Source of the DNA: Gemmatimonadaceae bacterium | GTDB lineage: Bacteria; Gemmatimonadota; Gemmatimonadetes; Gemmatimonadales; Gemmatimonadaceae | Assembly: GCA_036741775.1 (NCBI GenBank) | Contig: DAINRQ010000030.1 | Location: 477 to 64,476 of the forward strand | DNA length: 64,000 bases | Direction: 5' to 3' | In this document: in pieces, positions 1 to 10,078 of the stretch | Layout of the letters: every line of letters starts with the position of its first letter | Numbering within the stretch: the stretch's first letter is position 1 | Notes under the pieces: generated by a model | What the model was told of the DNA's origin: nothing | Seen by the model: only the letters and a program-made list of their open reading frames with translations | The model's database searches: none | Program-made: the position numbers and the translations under genes

Positions 1-473
1 AGAAAGATACCGTCACCGACACGGATTTCGCACGGCGCGGCACCTCCGGACTGCACTGCGCTGAGCACACTACGCGCCACGACGGCTCGCACCAGATCCG
101 CCGGCGCCGCGGTCACCGTTGCGCCCGTGCGGGGGAGATGTTCCGAAACCACGCGCTGGCCTCGGACCGTCAGCAGCTTGCCGAGTCGCTCGACGATATT
201 CGCCACGTCGGGCGGCTCGGGCTCCGCCCTGGCGAAGCCGAGGAGCGCTTCGGTGGCCGCGACGGCCACCTCGAGCTGGGACGACGCCGTCGCCGCGAAC
301 GGGGCGATGGCGGCAGCTTCCGCGCCTCGCGCCGAGCGACCCCTCACGACCTCGAGATTCACCGCGACGGCGTTGAGGGCGTTCCTGAGGTCGTGGGCGA
401 CGTACGCTGCCAGCGCCTGGAGCGTGGCGCTCCAGGCGGCCTCGGTCGGATCGCCAGCCGGCGCCAGGGTCAG
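1..473 (-). CDS. histidine-kinase-like protein, partial (3' end runs off the window start)
   Basis: Absent from the ORF track because the frame has no ATG/GTG/TTG start. The minus-strand frame has almost uniform G/C third positions and reads ...LTLAPAGDPTEAAWSATLQALAAYVAHDLRNALNAVAVNLEVV... (HisKA-type H-box AHDLRN). The only plausible start is CTG 473..471, which overlaps the aldolase TGA (CTGA). Confidence 0.45.
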   Translation of the reverse strand, partial: MTLAPAGDPTEAAWSATLQALAAYVAHDLRNALNAVAVNLEVVRGRSARGAEAAAIAPFAATASSQLEVAVAATEALLGFARAEPEPPDVANIVERLGKLLTVRGQRVVSEHLPRTGATVTAAPADLVRAVVARSVLSAVQSGGAAPCEIRVGDGIF

Positions 474-1897
474 TCGCTCAGATCGGTGTCGTCGGGAGCA
501 GCAGCCACACTCTCGTAGCCGCTGGTACCGGGCATCGGGCGGTGGAGCTTGGTCGCTTTCACGAACGTCCGCACGGGGGCGGCCGTCCCCGCCACGCCGA
601 GCTGCGTGAACAGGAACTCGAACTTCGTGTCGTAGGCCTGTGCCAGGCGCGCCTTTACGTCGTCTGGCAGGTCCCAGATGCGCCGCTTGAATGGGCCGAT
701 CGCCTTCTTCCGCGTCTTGTAGAAGAACTGCTCGTCACTGTCAGTGGCCTTCCGCTCGTCCTTCGCATTCTCGCGGAGCCAGTCGTAGACCTCCTGCCGG
801 AACTGCGCGGGCAGGTGATCGAAGAGCATGTTCTGGAAGTTCGTCGCGAGGTGGATCTCGGCGGTCTCGGTCCGCGGGAAGTTGTTGAACGCGCCGTCGG
901 GAAGCGTGGACGCACCGTGCTGCACCGCTCCGGCGAGCCCGTATTCCTCGCGCGCGACCTTGGACAATCGCTCCAACGTGTCGAGGTCGAGCGCGACCTC
1001 GGCGATGGAACCGTCCGGAAGGACCACGCCGCCGTGTGACGTTCCCGATTGCACGCTGATCTTCGACAGCCCGGCCGTCCCCGGCGTGCAACGCTCGGCG
1101 AGGGTACGGTTGAAGCCGTCCATGAACGCCCGGAGCTCCTCGACCGTGCTGTTGTGCGATCCCACCTCGCCGATCTCACCCCCCACCGAGATCGTCACGC
1201 CCTTGGGCTGCAACTCGCGGATGTAGCGCGTGATATCGACGCAGGTCTCGTAGTTGAGGCGCTGCTGCGCGGCGAGGTCCGGCTGCGACAGGTCCACCAG
1301 CGTGGACGTGTCGACGTCGATATTGTAGAAGCCCGCCGTGATCGCTTCGAGCGCGAGCTGCTTCACCGCCGCGACTTCACCCGTAGGATCCACGGCGAAC
1401 TTCTTCGAGTTGACCTGGAAATGGTCACCCTGGATGAAAACAGGCCCGCGAAAACCCTCACGCAGCGCCGCAGCCACCATCACAGCCACGTACTCGGTGG
1501 GCCGCTGGTCCGTGTACCCGATCTCCGAGCGGGCGATCTCGAGCAGGAACGCGCCGGCGTCGAGCTTCTTCGCGGTACGAAAGATCGAGCGCGCCGTGTC
1601 GTACGCCATGCCACGCACGTTGATCGCGGGTACCGTGAATCCTCGGACCTCGCCGCGCCCGCGTGCCAGATACAGGTCGTTGATCGAAGCCGGACGCACG
1701 CCGACGCTCTGACCGATCTCCCAGATGAGCCATCGGGCGTGGTCGCGCGCTTCGCCGGTACCGAACACGGCCTCGCGAACGAGGGCGTCCATTTTCGGCG
1801 ACGCGAGATCCGCCTCCCGCACCACGGTGACACGGTCGTTTTCGACCTTTATCGCGTCGCCGAGGGGCGACACCCGCGCGCTCACTTGCTCCAACAT
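470..1897 (-). CDS. class II (metal-dependent) fructose/ketose-bisphosphate aldolase, long form
   Basis: ORF 470..2173 trimmed to ATG 1897 (MLEQVSARVSPLGD...), because the upstream part of the ORF lies in a repeat element. Motifs GFTVPAINVRGMAYDTA, PVFIQGDHFQV and QSGTSHGG fit the class II aldolase family. Confidence 0.75.
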   Translation of the reverse strand: MLEQVSARVSPLGDAIKVENDRVTVVREADLASPKMDALVREAVFGTGEARDHARWLIWEIGQSVGVRPASINDLYLARGRGEVRGFTVPAINVRGMAYDTARSIFRTAKKLDAGAFLLEIARSEIGYTDQRPTEYVAVMVAAALREGFRGPVFIQGDHFQVNSKKFAVDPTGEVAAVKQLALEAITAGFYNIDVDTSTLVDLSQPDLAAQQRLNYETCVDITRYIRELQPKGVTISVGGEIGEVGSHNSTVEELRAFMDGFNRTLAERCTPGTAGLSKISVQSGTSHGGVVLPDGSIAEVALDLDTLERLSKVAREEYGLAGAVQHGASTLPDGAFNNFPRTETAEIHLATNFQNMLFDHLPAQFRQEVYDWLRENAKDERKATDSDEQFFYKTRKKAIGPFKRRIWDLPDDVKARLAQAYDTKFEFLFTQLGVAGTAAPVRTFVKATKLHRPMPGTSGYESVAAAPDDTDLSD

Positions 1898-1974
1898 GTG
1901 CAGCCTCGGTAGGAAAGGCCCGTCGTTATCTCGATTTGGGGAAGCTGACCGAGCCCCGCGCGGTGTGCAACCCC

Positions 1975-2340
1975 TGCTCCGAGCTTCTCGTGCCCGCGCG
2001 TGCACCTCGCCTCCGAGCGTCATCGCGCCCTGTACGCATCGCGACCGGTCCGGGAACGGCAGTGGAGACCGGATGGACAGGATGAACAACATGACCAAGA
2101 TGACCAACGCGGCAGCGGCGTCGATCTCCCAACGAGCCGGACATGAATAGGGGAACGCCCGCTCGGGAAGCACCGTCCCCGAGAGCCGTTCCCCTCTGTT
2201 TTTTCAGGCCGCTGGCGCGCGCGACGGCGCCGCCGCGCAGGACATCTTCGTCATCCCGTGAATCCTGTCCATCCTGTCTCTTGCCGTTCAATGACCGGTC
2301 GCGATGCGTACCGGGCGCGATGACGCTCGGAGTCGGGATT
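1975..2340. repeat. structured palindromic repeat, family 1, copy A (two ~160-nt modules in inverted orientation)
   Basis: Left arm 2011..2050 (ctccgagcgtcatcgcgccctgtacgcatcgcgaccggtc) is the near-exact reverse complement of 2293..2332. Symmetry continues inward through 9-nt periodic words (ggatggaca ggatgaaca / aatcctgtc catcctgtc) to a central hairpin ggggaacg...cgttcccc centred near 2172. The same modules recur at 10447 and 61218. Confidence 0.85.
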
Positions 2341-2349
2341 CATCGTGCC

Positions 2350-3135
2350 TCAGGGCTCGTCGATGCGAATCGTCAGTCCATCAAAAGCCGGCGAGACGCC
2401 GCGAGGAAGCTCGGCCTCGAGGTCGGCGTGGAAGTTGTCGTGGGTGAGGTGCGTGAGGTACGTACGATCGGCACCCACCTCACGCGCCACGCGGACCGCC
2501 TCGGGCACGCTGAGATGGGTCGGATGCTCGGTTCGAAACAGGGCGTTGACCACGAGCACCTGTGCTCCGCGCAGATGCGCCATGGCGTCAGCAGGAATCG
2601 TCTTCGCGTCGGTCACGTACGCGAGTGGTCCAATGCGATAGCCGTACACCGTGATCTTGCCGTGCGGGACCGGGACGGCAGTGACATCGACGTCCCCCAC
2701 GGTCACGGTCTCGTGACCGGCCAGCGGGCGCGCGTGCCCCTCGGGCTTCGACGTACCCGCGGCCGGTCGAATGTTCTCGTCGAAGATGTACGGGAAGCGC
2801 GCGGCGAGACTCCGCAGCGTCTCAGGTGGTCCGTACATCGGGAGCGGCGCGTCTCGACGGACGGTGATGGCTCGAATGTCGTCCACCCCGTGCGTATGAT
2901 CGGCGTGCTCATGGGTGAACAGCACCGCATCGACCCGATCGATCCCGTTCGTGACGAGCTGCAGGCGGAGCTCGGGCGGCGTATCGATCAGCAACCGCGT
3001 ACCGCGCTCGGTCTCCACGACGGCGCCGACCCGGCTTCGACGATCTCGAGGGTCGGCCGATCGGCACACCGCACAATGACATCCGATCTGCGGAACGCCA
3101 AAGCTCGTACCCGTCCCGAGGAACGTCAGCTTCAC
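2350..3135 (-). CDS. MBL-fold metallo-hydrolase (PhnP/GPMB-like)
   Basis: HxHxDH motif (THEHADHTHG) and N-terminal LTFLGTGTSFGVPQIGCHCAVC. Start moved to GTG 3135, which overlaps the pyk stop (GTGA); the longer ORF overlaps pyk in another frame. Confidence 0.8.
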   Translation of the reverse strand: MKLTFLGTGTSFGVPQIGCHCAVCRSADPRDRRSRVGAVVETERGTRLLIDTPPELRLQLVTNGIDRVDAVLFTHEHADHTHGVDDIRAITVRRDAPLPMYGPPETLRSLAARFPYIFDENIRPAAGTSKPEGHARPLAGHETVTVGDVDVTAVPVPHGKITVYGYRIGPLAYVTDAKTIPADAMAHLRGAQVLVVNALFRTEHPTHLSVPEAVRVAREVGADRTYLTHLTHDNFHADLEAELPRGVSPAFDGLTIRIDEP

Positions 3136-4652
3136 ACCCGTTCGACTCGCAGCACGTTCGTGGTACCCGGGACGTCGAACGGCACGCCGGCCGTCACGAG
3201 GACACGGTCGCCTTCCTTGGCCAGGCCGCGAGACAGGACGACGTCGCGCGCTTTCGCGACCATCGCCTCGTACGTGGCACAATGCGGCACGAGCGCGGGA
3301 ACGACCCCCCACACGAGCGCGAGCTGACTGTACGTGCGTGGTTCGTCGGTGAGCGCGAGAATCGGAACAGCCGGCCGGTGTGCCGACACGATCCGCGCGC
3401 TGGAGCCGCTCTTCGTGAACACGATGATGATCGGCGCCCCGAGCATCCGCTGCGCGGTGTCGGTGGCCGCCGCGATCGTTTCTTCGGTGGTCGCAATGAT
3501 CTCGGGGGCGCGTTGGCCGTCGCGCGCTCGCTTGAACGGATGTTGCTCGATCTCGGAGATGATCCGCTGCATTGCCTGTACGGCAAGGCGCGGGTACGCG
3601 CCGGCGGCGGTCTCGGCCGAGAGCATCACGGCGTCGGTGCCATCGATGATCGCGTTGGCGACGTCACTCGCCTCGGCACGCGTGGGACGCGGATTCTCGA
3701 TCATCGACTCGAGCATCTGCGTCGCCGTGATCACCGGCCGCCCGATGAGGTTGGCCAGCTTGATGATCCGCTTCTGTGCAATGGGTACTTCCTCGAACGG
3801 CAGCTCGACGCCGAGGTCACCGCGCGCGACCATCACGCCGTCCGATGCGCGGAGAATGCTGTCGATGTTCTCGAGTGCCGAATCCTTCTCGATCTTCGCG
3901 ATGATGAGCAGCGACTTGGGGACGAGCTCGCGAAGCTCCGCGAGGTCGGCCGCCCGGCGCACGAAGCTCAAGGCGAGATAGTCCAGCTTCTGCTCGACGG
4001 CGAACGCCGCGTCCGCACGATCTTTCTCGGTGATCGATGGCGCGGAGACGTTCACGCCGGGCAGGTTGATCCCCTTGTGACTCTTCACCTCCCCGCCGTG
4101 GACGACGCGCGCCACCACGCGCGGCGCCTTCACCTCGAGCGCGACGAGCTCGATCACGCCGTCATCGACGAGGATGCGGTCACCGACGTGCACGTCATCC
4201 GCGAGCGCGGCGTACGTGACGGGCATCTCGCCATCGCGCGCCGTGCCCTCGGGACAGAACACGACATCCTCCCCGGGCTCGACCTGACGCGGTGCGTCGA
4301 GATCACCGATCCGGATGCGCGGCCCCTGCAGGTCGCCAAGGATCGCCACGGGCCGGTGACGTTTGCCAGCGAGCTCACGAACGATCGCGATCGTCTTCGC
4401 GTGCTGTTCGTGCGTCCCGTGGGAGAAGTTGATGCGCGCGACGTCGAGCCCCGCATCCATCAGCGCACCGATCGCCTCTGGGGTTCTGCTCGCGGGGCCG
4501 AGGGTGCACACGATTTTCGTGCGCGGCTGGCGGTTTGGTGCCACGGCGAGTCGCGCGGGGGATGGAGCGGTGCTCGCGGACACGTCGTCAGGCGCGTGCG
4601 TCGGAGCGCCGGCGGTGTCCGCCGGTGAATCGGTCCACGAAGCGTGGCTCAT
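3132..4652 (-). CDS. pyk: pyruvate kinase
   Basis: TKIVCTLGPASR, INFSHG, MVARGDLGVELP and ITATQMLESM motifs. Trimmed to ATG 4652 (MSHASW...); the rest of ORF 3132..5039 overlaps tal. Confidence 0.9.
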   Translation of the reverse strand: MSHASWTDSPADTAGAPTHAPDDVSASTAPSPARLAVAPNRQPRTKIVCTLGPASRTPEAIGALMDAGLDVARINFSHGTHEQHAKTIAIVRELAGKRHRPVAILGDLQGPRIRIGDLDAPRQVEPGEDVVFCPEGTARDGEMPVTYAALADDVHVGDRILVDDGVIELVALEVKAPRVVARVVHGGEVKSHKGINLPGVNVSAPSITEKDRADAAFAVEQKLDYLALSFVRRAADLAELRELVPKSLLIIAKIEKDSALENIDSILRASDGVMVARGDLGVELPFEEVPIAQKRIIKLANLIGRPVITATQMLESMIENPRPTRAEASDVANAIIDGTDAVMLSAETAAGAYPRLAVQAMQRIISEIEQHPFKRARDGQRAPEIIATTEETIAAATDTAQRMLGAPIIIVFTKSGSSARIVSAHRPAVPILALTDEPRTYSQLALVWGVVPALVPHCATYEAMVAKARDVVLSRGLAKEGDRVLVTAGVPFDVPGTTNVLRVERV

Positions 4653-4663
4653 GAGGCGGGCGA

Positions 4664-5809
4664 CTACCGACCCGCGCCGACCGTTCGGCCGAGCGACTTC
4701 GTCTTGCGCTCGAGGCCCGCGATGAGCGAGTCGAACGACTTCTGGAAGCTCGCGAGCCCGTCCACGAGCAGCTTGTCGGTGACGTCGCCAAAGTCGATAC
4801 CCACTTCGGCCAACTGCGCCATGACGCGCTCCGCCTCGCGGACGTTCTCGTCGACCGTGCGCGCGACCACGCCGTGATCGGTGAAGGCGTCGATGGTCGC
4901 GGGCGGCATGGTGTTCACCGTGTCGGGCCCGATGAGCTCCTCCACGTACACGACATCGCGATAGGCGGGATTCTTCGTGCTCGTGCTCGCCCACAGCGGC
5001 CGTTGGAGACGCGCCCCGCGCGCGGCGAGGGCCGCCCATCGCTCGCTCGCGAACATCTCGCGAAAGAGTCGGTACGCGAGCTTCGCGTTCGCGATCGCCG
5101 CGCGCCCCTTGAGCGCCATTGCGCGATCCTTTGCCGAGGCATCGCCCTTCGCGGCGATGGCGTCCAGCCGCTTGTCCACCTCGGTATCCACGCGACTCAC
5201 GAAGAAGCTCGCGACCGACGCCAGCCCCGAGATGTCATGCCCTGCCGCGAGACGGTCCTCGAGCCCGCCCATGTACGCCTCGATGACCCGGCGATGGGCG
5301 TCGATGGAGAAGAGCAGCGTGATGTTGACGTTGACGCCGTCCGCGATGAGCGCGCGCACGGCCTTCGCGCCCTCGATCGTGCCCGGGATCTTGACCATCA
5401 CGTTAGGCCGCCCGACGGTGGCCCAGAGCCGCTTCGCCTCCGCGATCGAGGCCTCCGCGTCGTTCGACACCCCGGGAGAAACCTCGATCGACACGAAGCC
5501 GTCGCCGCCCTGCTCTGCCCGGTAGACATCGGCAAAGATGTCACAGGCGGTTCGCACGTCCGTCGTCTCGACGAGCTCGAATAAGTCCCACGCCGTGAGC
5601 CCCGGCGGCGCGGCGACGATCTGCTCGTCGTACTCCGTACCCTCGGCCAGGGCCTTCTCGAAGATGGTCGGATTGGACGTCATCCCTGTAAGCGCGCTGT
5701 CGCGGATCATGCGAGCGAGCTCGCCGTTGCGCAGGATCGTCCGGTCAATGAAGTCCAGCCAGACCGACTGGCCAGCCTCGTGTAGCGCGTGGAGCCGATT
5801 GGTCGTCAT
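4664..5809 (-). CDS. tal: transaldolase
   Basis: GQSVWLDFIDR, MTSNPTIFEKA and VMVKIPGT regions. Trimmed to ATG 5809 (MTTNRLHAL...). Confidence 0.9.
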   Translation of the reverse strand: MTTNRLHALHEAGQSVWLDFIDRTILRNGELARMIRDSALTGMTSNPTIFEKALAEGTEYDEQIVAAPPGLTAWDLFELVETTDVRTACDIFADVYRAEQGGDGFVSIEVSPGVSNDAEASIAEAKRLWATVGRPNVMVKIPGTIEGAKAVRALIADGVNVNITLLFSIDAHRRVIEAYMGGLEDRLAAGHDISGLASVASFFVSRVDTEVDKRLDAIAAKGDASAKDRAMALKGRAAIANAKLAYRLFREMFASERWAALAARGARLQRPLWASTSTKNPAYRDVVYVEELIGPDTVNTMPPATIDAFTDHGVVARTVDENVREAERVMAQLAEVGIDFGDVTDKLLVDGLASFQKSFDSLIAGLERKTKSLGRTVGAGR

Positions 5810-5987
5810 TCCAGGTGTGCGCTCGAAGTGGTGTGCCTGACAACGGTCAGCCCGCCGGAATGCCGGGGACCTACGCCGAAACATATCACCTGCCGGCGAG
5901 GGGCATAGCCGCTACGCGTGTGCTCGCCTCGAGGCCCTCGAAGCCCTCGACACCGGTCGTGCAGCCACCTCGTACCGACGAAACGAC

Positions 5988-7958
5988 ATGATGGCGGTCC
6001 GCAGGGGCGTTCGCGCCACACTCCGCTGGTGGCGCTCCCTTTCGCTCGCCGCTCAGCTCGTTCTCACGAACGTCGGTGTCTTCGTGATCTGGGCCGTCAT
6101 GACCCAGCAGATTGTCGCGTTCCAGGACGGACGCCGCGAAGACGCCGAGATGGCTGCCGTCCGGGCGGGCTCCGCGGTTCTTGTGGCTGCACAGATCGGG
6201 CCGGCTCTCATCAATCTCGAGAGCGGAGAGCGCGGTTTCGCGGTCACCGGCGACTCCGCTTTTCTCAACGCGTACCAGCTCGGTCGCGGCCAGCTCGACA
6301 TCGCGCTCGACACGCTGGCCAAGCTCGCGGTCGGGAACGAGGAGCTCCGGCTCGCCACGTCTCGCCTCGACGAAACGACGCGCCTCTGGACGCACGCGGC
6401 GACGATTCACATGGCAGCGCAACCGTCCAACGGCGCCGCGTCACCACGTACGCGCACGATGGGACGTCGCGTCGCGGCGCTCATGGACAGCTCGCGTGCG
6501 GCATCCGCCGCCATCGAGCGGCTCACGCGGGTTCAGTCCGAGCTCCGGGCCGCTGAAGCGACGGTGCAACTCGAGCTGGATGCCCGGGAGACGCTCCTCG
6601 TCCGCTTCCTGCTGGTCGCGTTGATCGTTCTCGCCACGGTGGTGAGCCTCCGTCGCGTCACGGGCACGCTGGACGCAATCGTGTTCGATGCGCGCGCGCT
6701 CGCGGCCGGCGACCACCGGGCAGCGACGCGCTCCACCGCGGGCGGGAGCCGCGAGCTGGCGCAGCTCGGCGCGGCGTTCGGAACGCTCGCCGTCGCGGTG
6801 GCCGAGCGCGAAGATGGTCTGCGCGACGACATTCGCCAGCTCAAGGAAGTCGAACGACTCAAGACCGAGTTCGTCTCGACAGTCAGCCACGAGCTGCGAA
6901 CGCCGCTCACGGCGATTCGGGGCGCGCTCGGTCTCGTCCTCGCCGGCACCGCGGGGCCTGTCGCACAAAAGACGCGGGATCTCATGCAGATCGCGTTGCA
7001 AAACACGGAGCGCCTCATCCGGCTGATCAACGACATCCTGGATGTCGAGCGCATCGAGTCGGGGCACCTCGTAGTGCGACGCGAGCCGTGCGAGCTCGCG
7101 GACATCCTGCGCACGACGGTCGACTCACTTCGCACCGTCGCGATGGAAGCACAGGTCACGCTCGCACTCGACGGCGAGCGAAGCGCAGTCGTGACCGGGG
7201 ACCCGGATCGCCTCGTGCAGGTCTTCATGAACCTCATCTCGAACGCGGTGCGGTTCTCGCCTCGGGGCGAGACGGTGACCGTGTCCCTTCGCACCACGCC
7301 GACCAGCGCGGCGGTGTTCGTAACCGACCGCGGTCCGGGAATCCCTCTGGAGTTCCGCCGTCGCATCTTTGGCAAGTTCCAGCAGGCCGATCCGGCCGGG
7401 GCGGCAGGGGGCGCGGGGCTCGGACTCGCCATCGTCCGCGCGATCGTCGAACGCCACGGCGGCTCGATCCGGTTCGACAGCGCGCCCGGGCACGGCACGA
7501 CGTTCATTACCGAGCTCCCCTACACTGCTCCCGCGACATCGACGGCCACGGGCCACGGCGAACACCGCCTTCTTGTCCTCGACGACGACCGCGACATGTT
7601 GAGCGTACTGCGGTCGCTCTGCGAGCCGCTGGGTGCCGTCACCGCGGTCGGTTCGACTGACGAGGCATGGCGCGCGCTCACGAGCGCCGCGTATGACGCG
7701 ATCGTCATCGACCCGAACGCGCCGGAGTCACCGGGCATCGCGCTCGTGCGACGTATTCGCGAGCTCCCCGGCTACGCCGATGTGCCTGTACTCGTGTTCT
7801 CCTCGCGGGAATTCTCGGACAGCGAGCTGTCGGGGGTAACGCTGGCGCCGTCGCACGCATTCGTGAAAACGCGCGACCGTGAGCAGGACCTGCTGCTTCG
7901 CCTCCGAGCCGTGCTCGCGGTACGCCGCCCCCGGCGACCGGTGGCGGTTCCGGCCTAA
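5988..7958 (+). CDS. hybrid sensor histidine kinase (TM, CHASE3-like, HAMP, HisKA, HATPase, C-terminal REC)
   Basis: LESGERGFAVTGDSAFLNAY (CHASE3-like), H-box [13 protein letters not shown]-boxes DRGPGIP and GLGLAIV, C-terminal LLVLDDDRDM...VIDPNAP receiver. Confidence 0.85.
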   Translation: MMAVRRGVRATLRWWRSLSLAAQLVLTNVGVFVIWAVMTQQIVAFQDGRREDAEMAAVRAGSAVLVAAQIGPALINLESGERGFAVTGDSAFLNAYQLGRGQLDIALDTLAKLAVGNEELRLATSRLDETTRLWTHAATIHMAAQPSNGAASPRTRTMGRRVAALMDSSRAASAAIERLTRVQSELRAAEATVQLELDARETLLVRFLLVALIVLATVVSLRRVTGTLDAIVFDARALAAGDHRAATRSTAGGSRELAQLGAAFGTLAVAVAEREDGLRDDIRQLKEVERLKTEFVSTVSHELRTPLTAIRGALGLVLAGTAGPVAQKTRDLMQIALQNTERLIRLINDILDVERIESGHLVVRREPCELADILRTTVDSLRTVAMEAQVTLALDGERSAVVTGDPDRLVQVFMNLISNAVRFSPRGETVTVSLRTTPTSAAVFVTDRGPGIPLEFRRRIFGKFQQADPAGAAGGAGLGLAIVRAIVERHGGSIRFDSAPGHGTTFITELPYTAPATSTATGHGEHRLLVLDDDRDMLSVLRSLCEPLGAVTAVGSTDEAWRALTSAAYDAIVIDPNAPESPGIALVRRIRELPGYADVPVLVFSSREFSDSELSGVTLAPSHAFVKTRDREQDLLLRLRAVLAVRRPRRPVAVPA

Positions 7959-7975
7959 ACTCGGCGGCGGATTCG

Positions 7976-9925
7976 TCAGCGCGTAGCGGCGCGCTCTCGC
8001 CACATCGGGATTTTGCCCGACAGGATGCGGAAGCTCACCGGCTTCGCGACGTAGTCGAGCGCCCCGGCGCGTAACGCGCGTATCTGGTCGCCCTCGGTGC
8101 CGTTGCCGGTAATGAACACGACGGCGAACACGTCGGGCCGCTCTGCACGTAGGCGCTCGTGGACGGCGTGGCCGTCGAGGCCCGGGAGATCGACGTCGAG
8201 CAGTACGAGCGGACGGCGACCATCAGCGCGAAACGAGAGAAGCGCCTCGAGGGCCGGCACACCGTTGTTGAAAGCGCGGAAGGTGAGGCCGGCGGACCGG
8301 AGCACGTACTGCACCATGTCGGACAGCGCCGGGTCGTCCTCGATGAGGATGATGTCGGGCGCGAGCCCGGCCTCGTCACGGCGCCATCGCCTAACGAACG
8401 ATGCTCGGTCCTGGCGTGACATCTCGATCGCCTCGTCGGCACCGCGGCGGAGCGCGATGGGGTCGGCGCCGACATCGGTCGAATCCACCACACCGCAGCG
8501 CCACGCCGGCGCGCCCTCCGAGCGACCGAACACGAGCGCTTCGAACAACGATTCCGCGAGCTCCGCATCGCCATCGAGCACGGCCATGAGCGAGACGCCG
8601 TCGTGATATCCGACGACGCTCGCCGAGCTCGCGACCGCGTTCGCGATGCGCTGGGTCTCACGGAGCCACCCCGTCGCCGCGTCGCCGAGCAGATCATCGA
8701 CGTCCGGTCGCACGATCACCATCGCGACGGAGCGCTGTGCCTCCGCGGCGACCGCCGTGAATCGCGCGACGTCGCTCGCCGTCCGCGGTGGGAGCGGCAA
8801 CCCCGTACCCGGATGACGGCCCTCGCTGAGCCGCACGACACGCTGGCGCTCCAGGTGACGTGCGATGCACGCGCGCAGCTCCTGCGCCGCGATGGGCTTC
8901 GCGAGAAAATCATCCACGCCAGCGCGACGGGCCTGCTCCTTCGTGCGCTCCTCCGTGTCGGCGGAGATGAGCACGATGGGGAGGTCCCGGTATGCCGGCA
9001 GGGTGCGCAACTCGCGCGCGAGGTCGATCCCGGAGATCTCCCCCATCCGCACGTCCATGACGAGCAGCGAGGGGGCCGTTGCGGCGAGCTGCTCGTGCAG
9101 CGCGTGCGGATGGTCGCACGTCATGATGCGAACGCCTTCGCTCTCGAGCAGGAACTGAACGATCGTCAGGATCGAGGGGTCGTCGTCGAGCACGAGGATC
9201 GTGGCGCCGGCGGTGGAGCTGCCGAGCGACAGGCGGTCCGCGATGTCGAACAGCGTTCCAAGCTCGTCACTGATGTCGACGGTCGCGATGCCGGCGGCCG
9301 CGGCGGCTGCGGCGTCGTCCAGCGTCGCACCCTGGGCGAGCGCGATCAGCGGGACGTTCGCGCCGGAACTGAGCTCCCGCAGATCGGCGACCTGTTCGAC
9401 CGATACGACGACGACGTGCGGGGCAAGCTCGCGAAGCCCAGCGGCCGTGAGATCGCCCGCCCGAGCCGCCGTGAGCTGATAGCCTCGCAGCGCGGCCTCC
9501 GACCGGAGCGCGCGCGCGTAATTCGGCGCGACATCCACGAGAAGCATCCGGCGACGCGACGCGGGAACATGCCCGATCGCTGCCTCGGCCGACATCGCGA
9601 GGCGGAGCGCACTGACGAAATGCCCGATGATGGTGGCGCGCTGGGTCCGCTCGAGCGTGGGGTCGTTCTCCCAGTCGCCAACGCGCCGCTCGAGCTTGGC
9701 GGCGAGACGGCTCGCTTCCACGAAGCCATAGCTCCCCGCGGTTCCGTGCACGCGATGGAGCTCGCGACGCAACGCCGCGACCGTGTCCGGCGACGTCGGC
9801 TCGGTTCCGAGCTGACGCGCCAGATCTTCGAGCATCGTGATTGTTCCGGCGCTCGTTTCGCGAAAGCGCTCGCGTAACGTCCGCAGCGCATCGCTCGCCC
9901 GGGCGACGGTTTGGGCGCTCGCCAT
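7976..9925 (-). CDS. multidomain phosphorelay protein (HPt plus two REC domains, with a central region of unclear family)
   Basis: HPt motif HRVHGTAGSYGF. REC 1: ILVLDDDPS...MDVRMGEISG...AKP. REC 2: IILIEDDPA...LDVDLPGLDG...AKP. Trimmed to ATG 9925 (MASAQTV...). Confidence 0.8.
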   Translation of the reverse strand: MASAQTVARASDALRTLRERFRETSAGTITMLEDLARQLGTEPTSPDTVAALRRELHRVHGTAGSYGFVEASRLAAKLERRVGDWENDPTLERTQRATIIGHFVSALRLAMSAEAAIGHVPASRRRMLLVDVAPNYARALRSEAALRGYQLTAARAGDLTAAGLRELAPHVVVVSVEQVADLRELSSGANVPLIALAQGATLDDAAAAAAAGIATVDISDELGTLFDIADRLSLGSSTAGATILVLDDDPSILTIVQFLLESEGVRIMTCDHPHALHEQLAATAPSLLVMDVRMGEISGIDLARELRTLPAYRDLPIVLISADTEERTKEQARRAGVDDFLAKPIAAQELRACIARHLERQRVVRLSEGRHPGTGLPLPPRTASDVARFTAVAAEAQRSVAMVIVRPDVDDLLGDAATGWLRETQRIANAVASSASVVGYHDGVSLMAVLDGDAELAESLFEALVFGRSEGAPAWRCGVVDSTDVGADPIALRRGADEAIEMSRQDRASFVRRWRRDEAGLAPDIILIEDDPALSDMVQYVLRSAGLTFRAFNNGVPALEALLSFRADGRRPLVLLDVDLPGLDGHAVHERLRAERPDVFAVVFITGNGTEGDQIRALRAGALDYVAKPVSFRILSGKIPMWRERAATR

Positions 9926-10078
9926 CAAACGGTCATGGAAACGGATAGGCGGACGCCATGAGGAATACCGGCGAGAAGCCGGCCCGGGGCGCCGTGACGT
10001 CGTACACTCCAAAGACGTCCCAGAGCTGAGGCCGGTCACGCCACACCGCCGGCCAATCACCCCGCACACCGATCGCGG

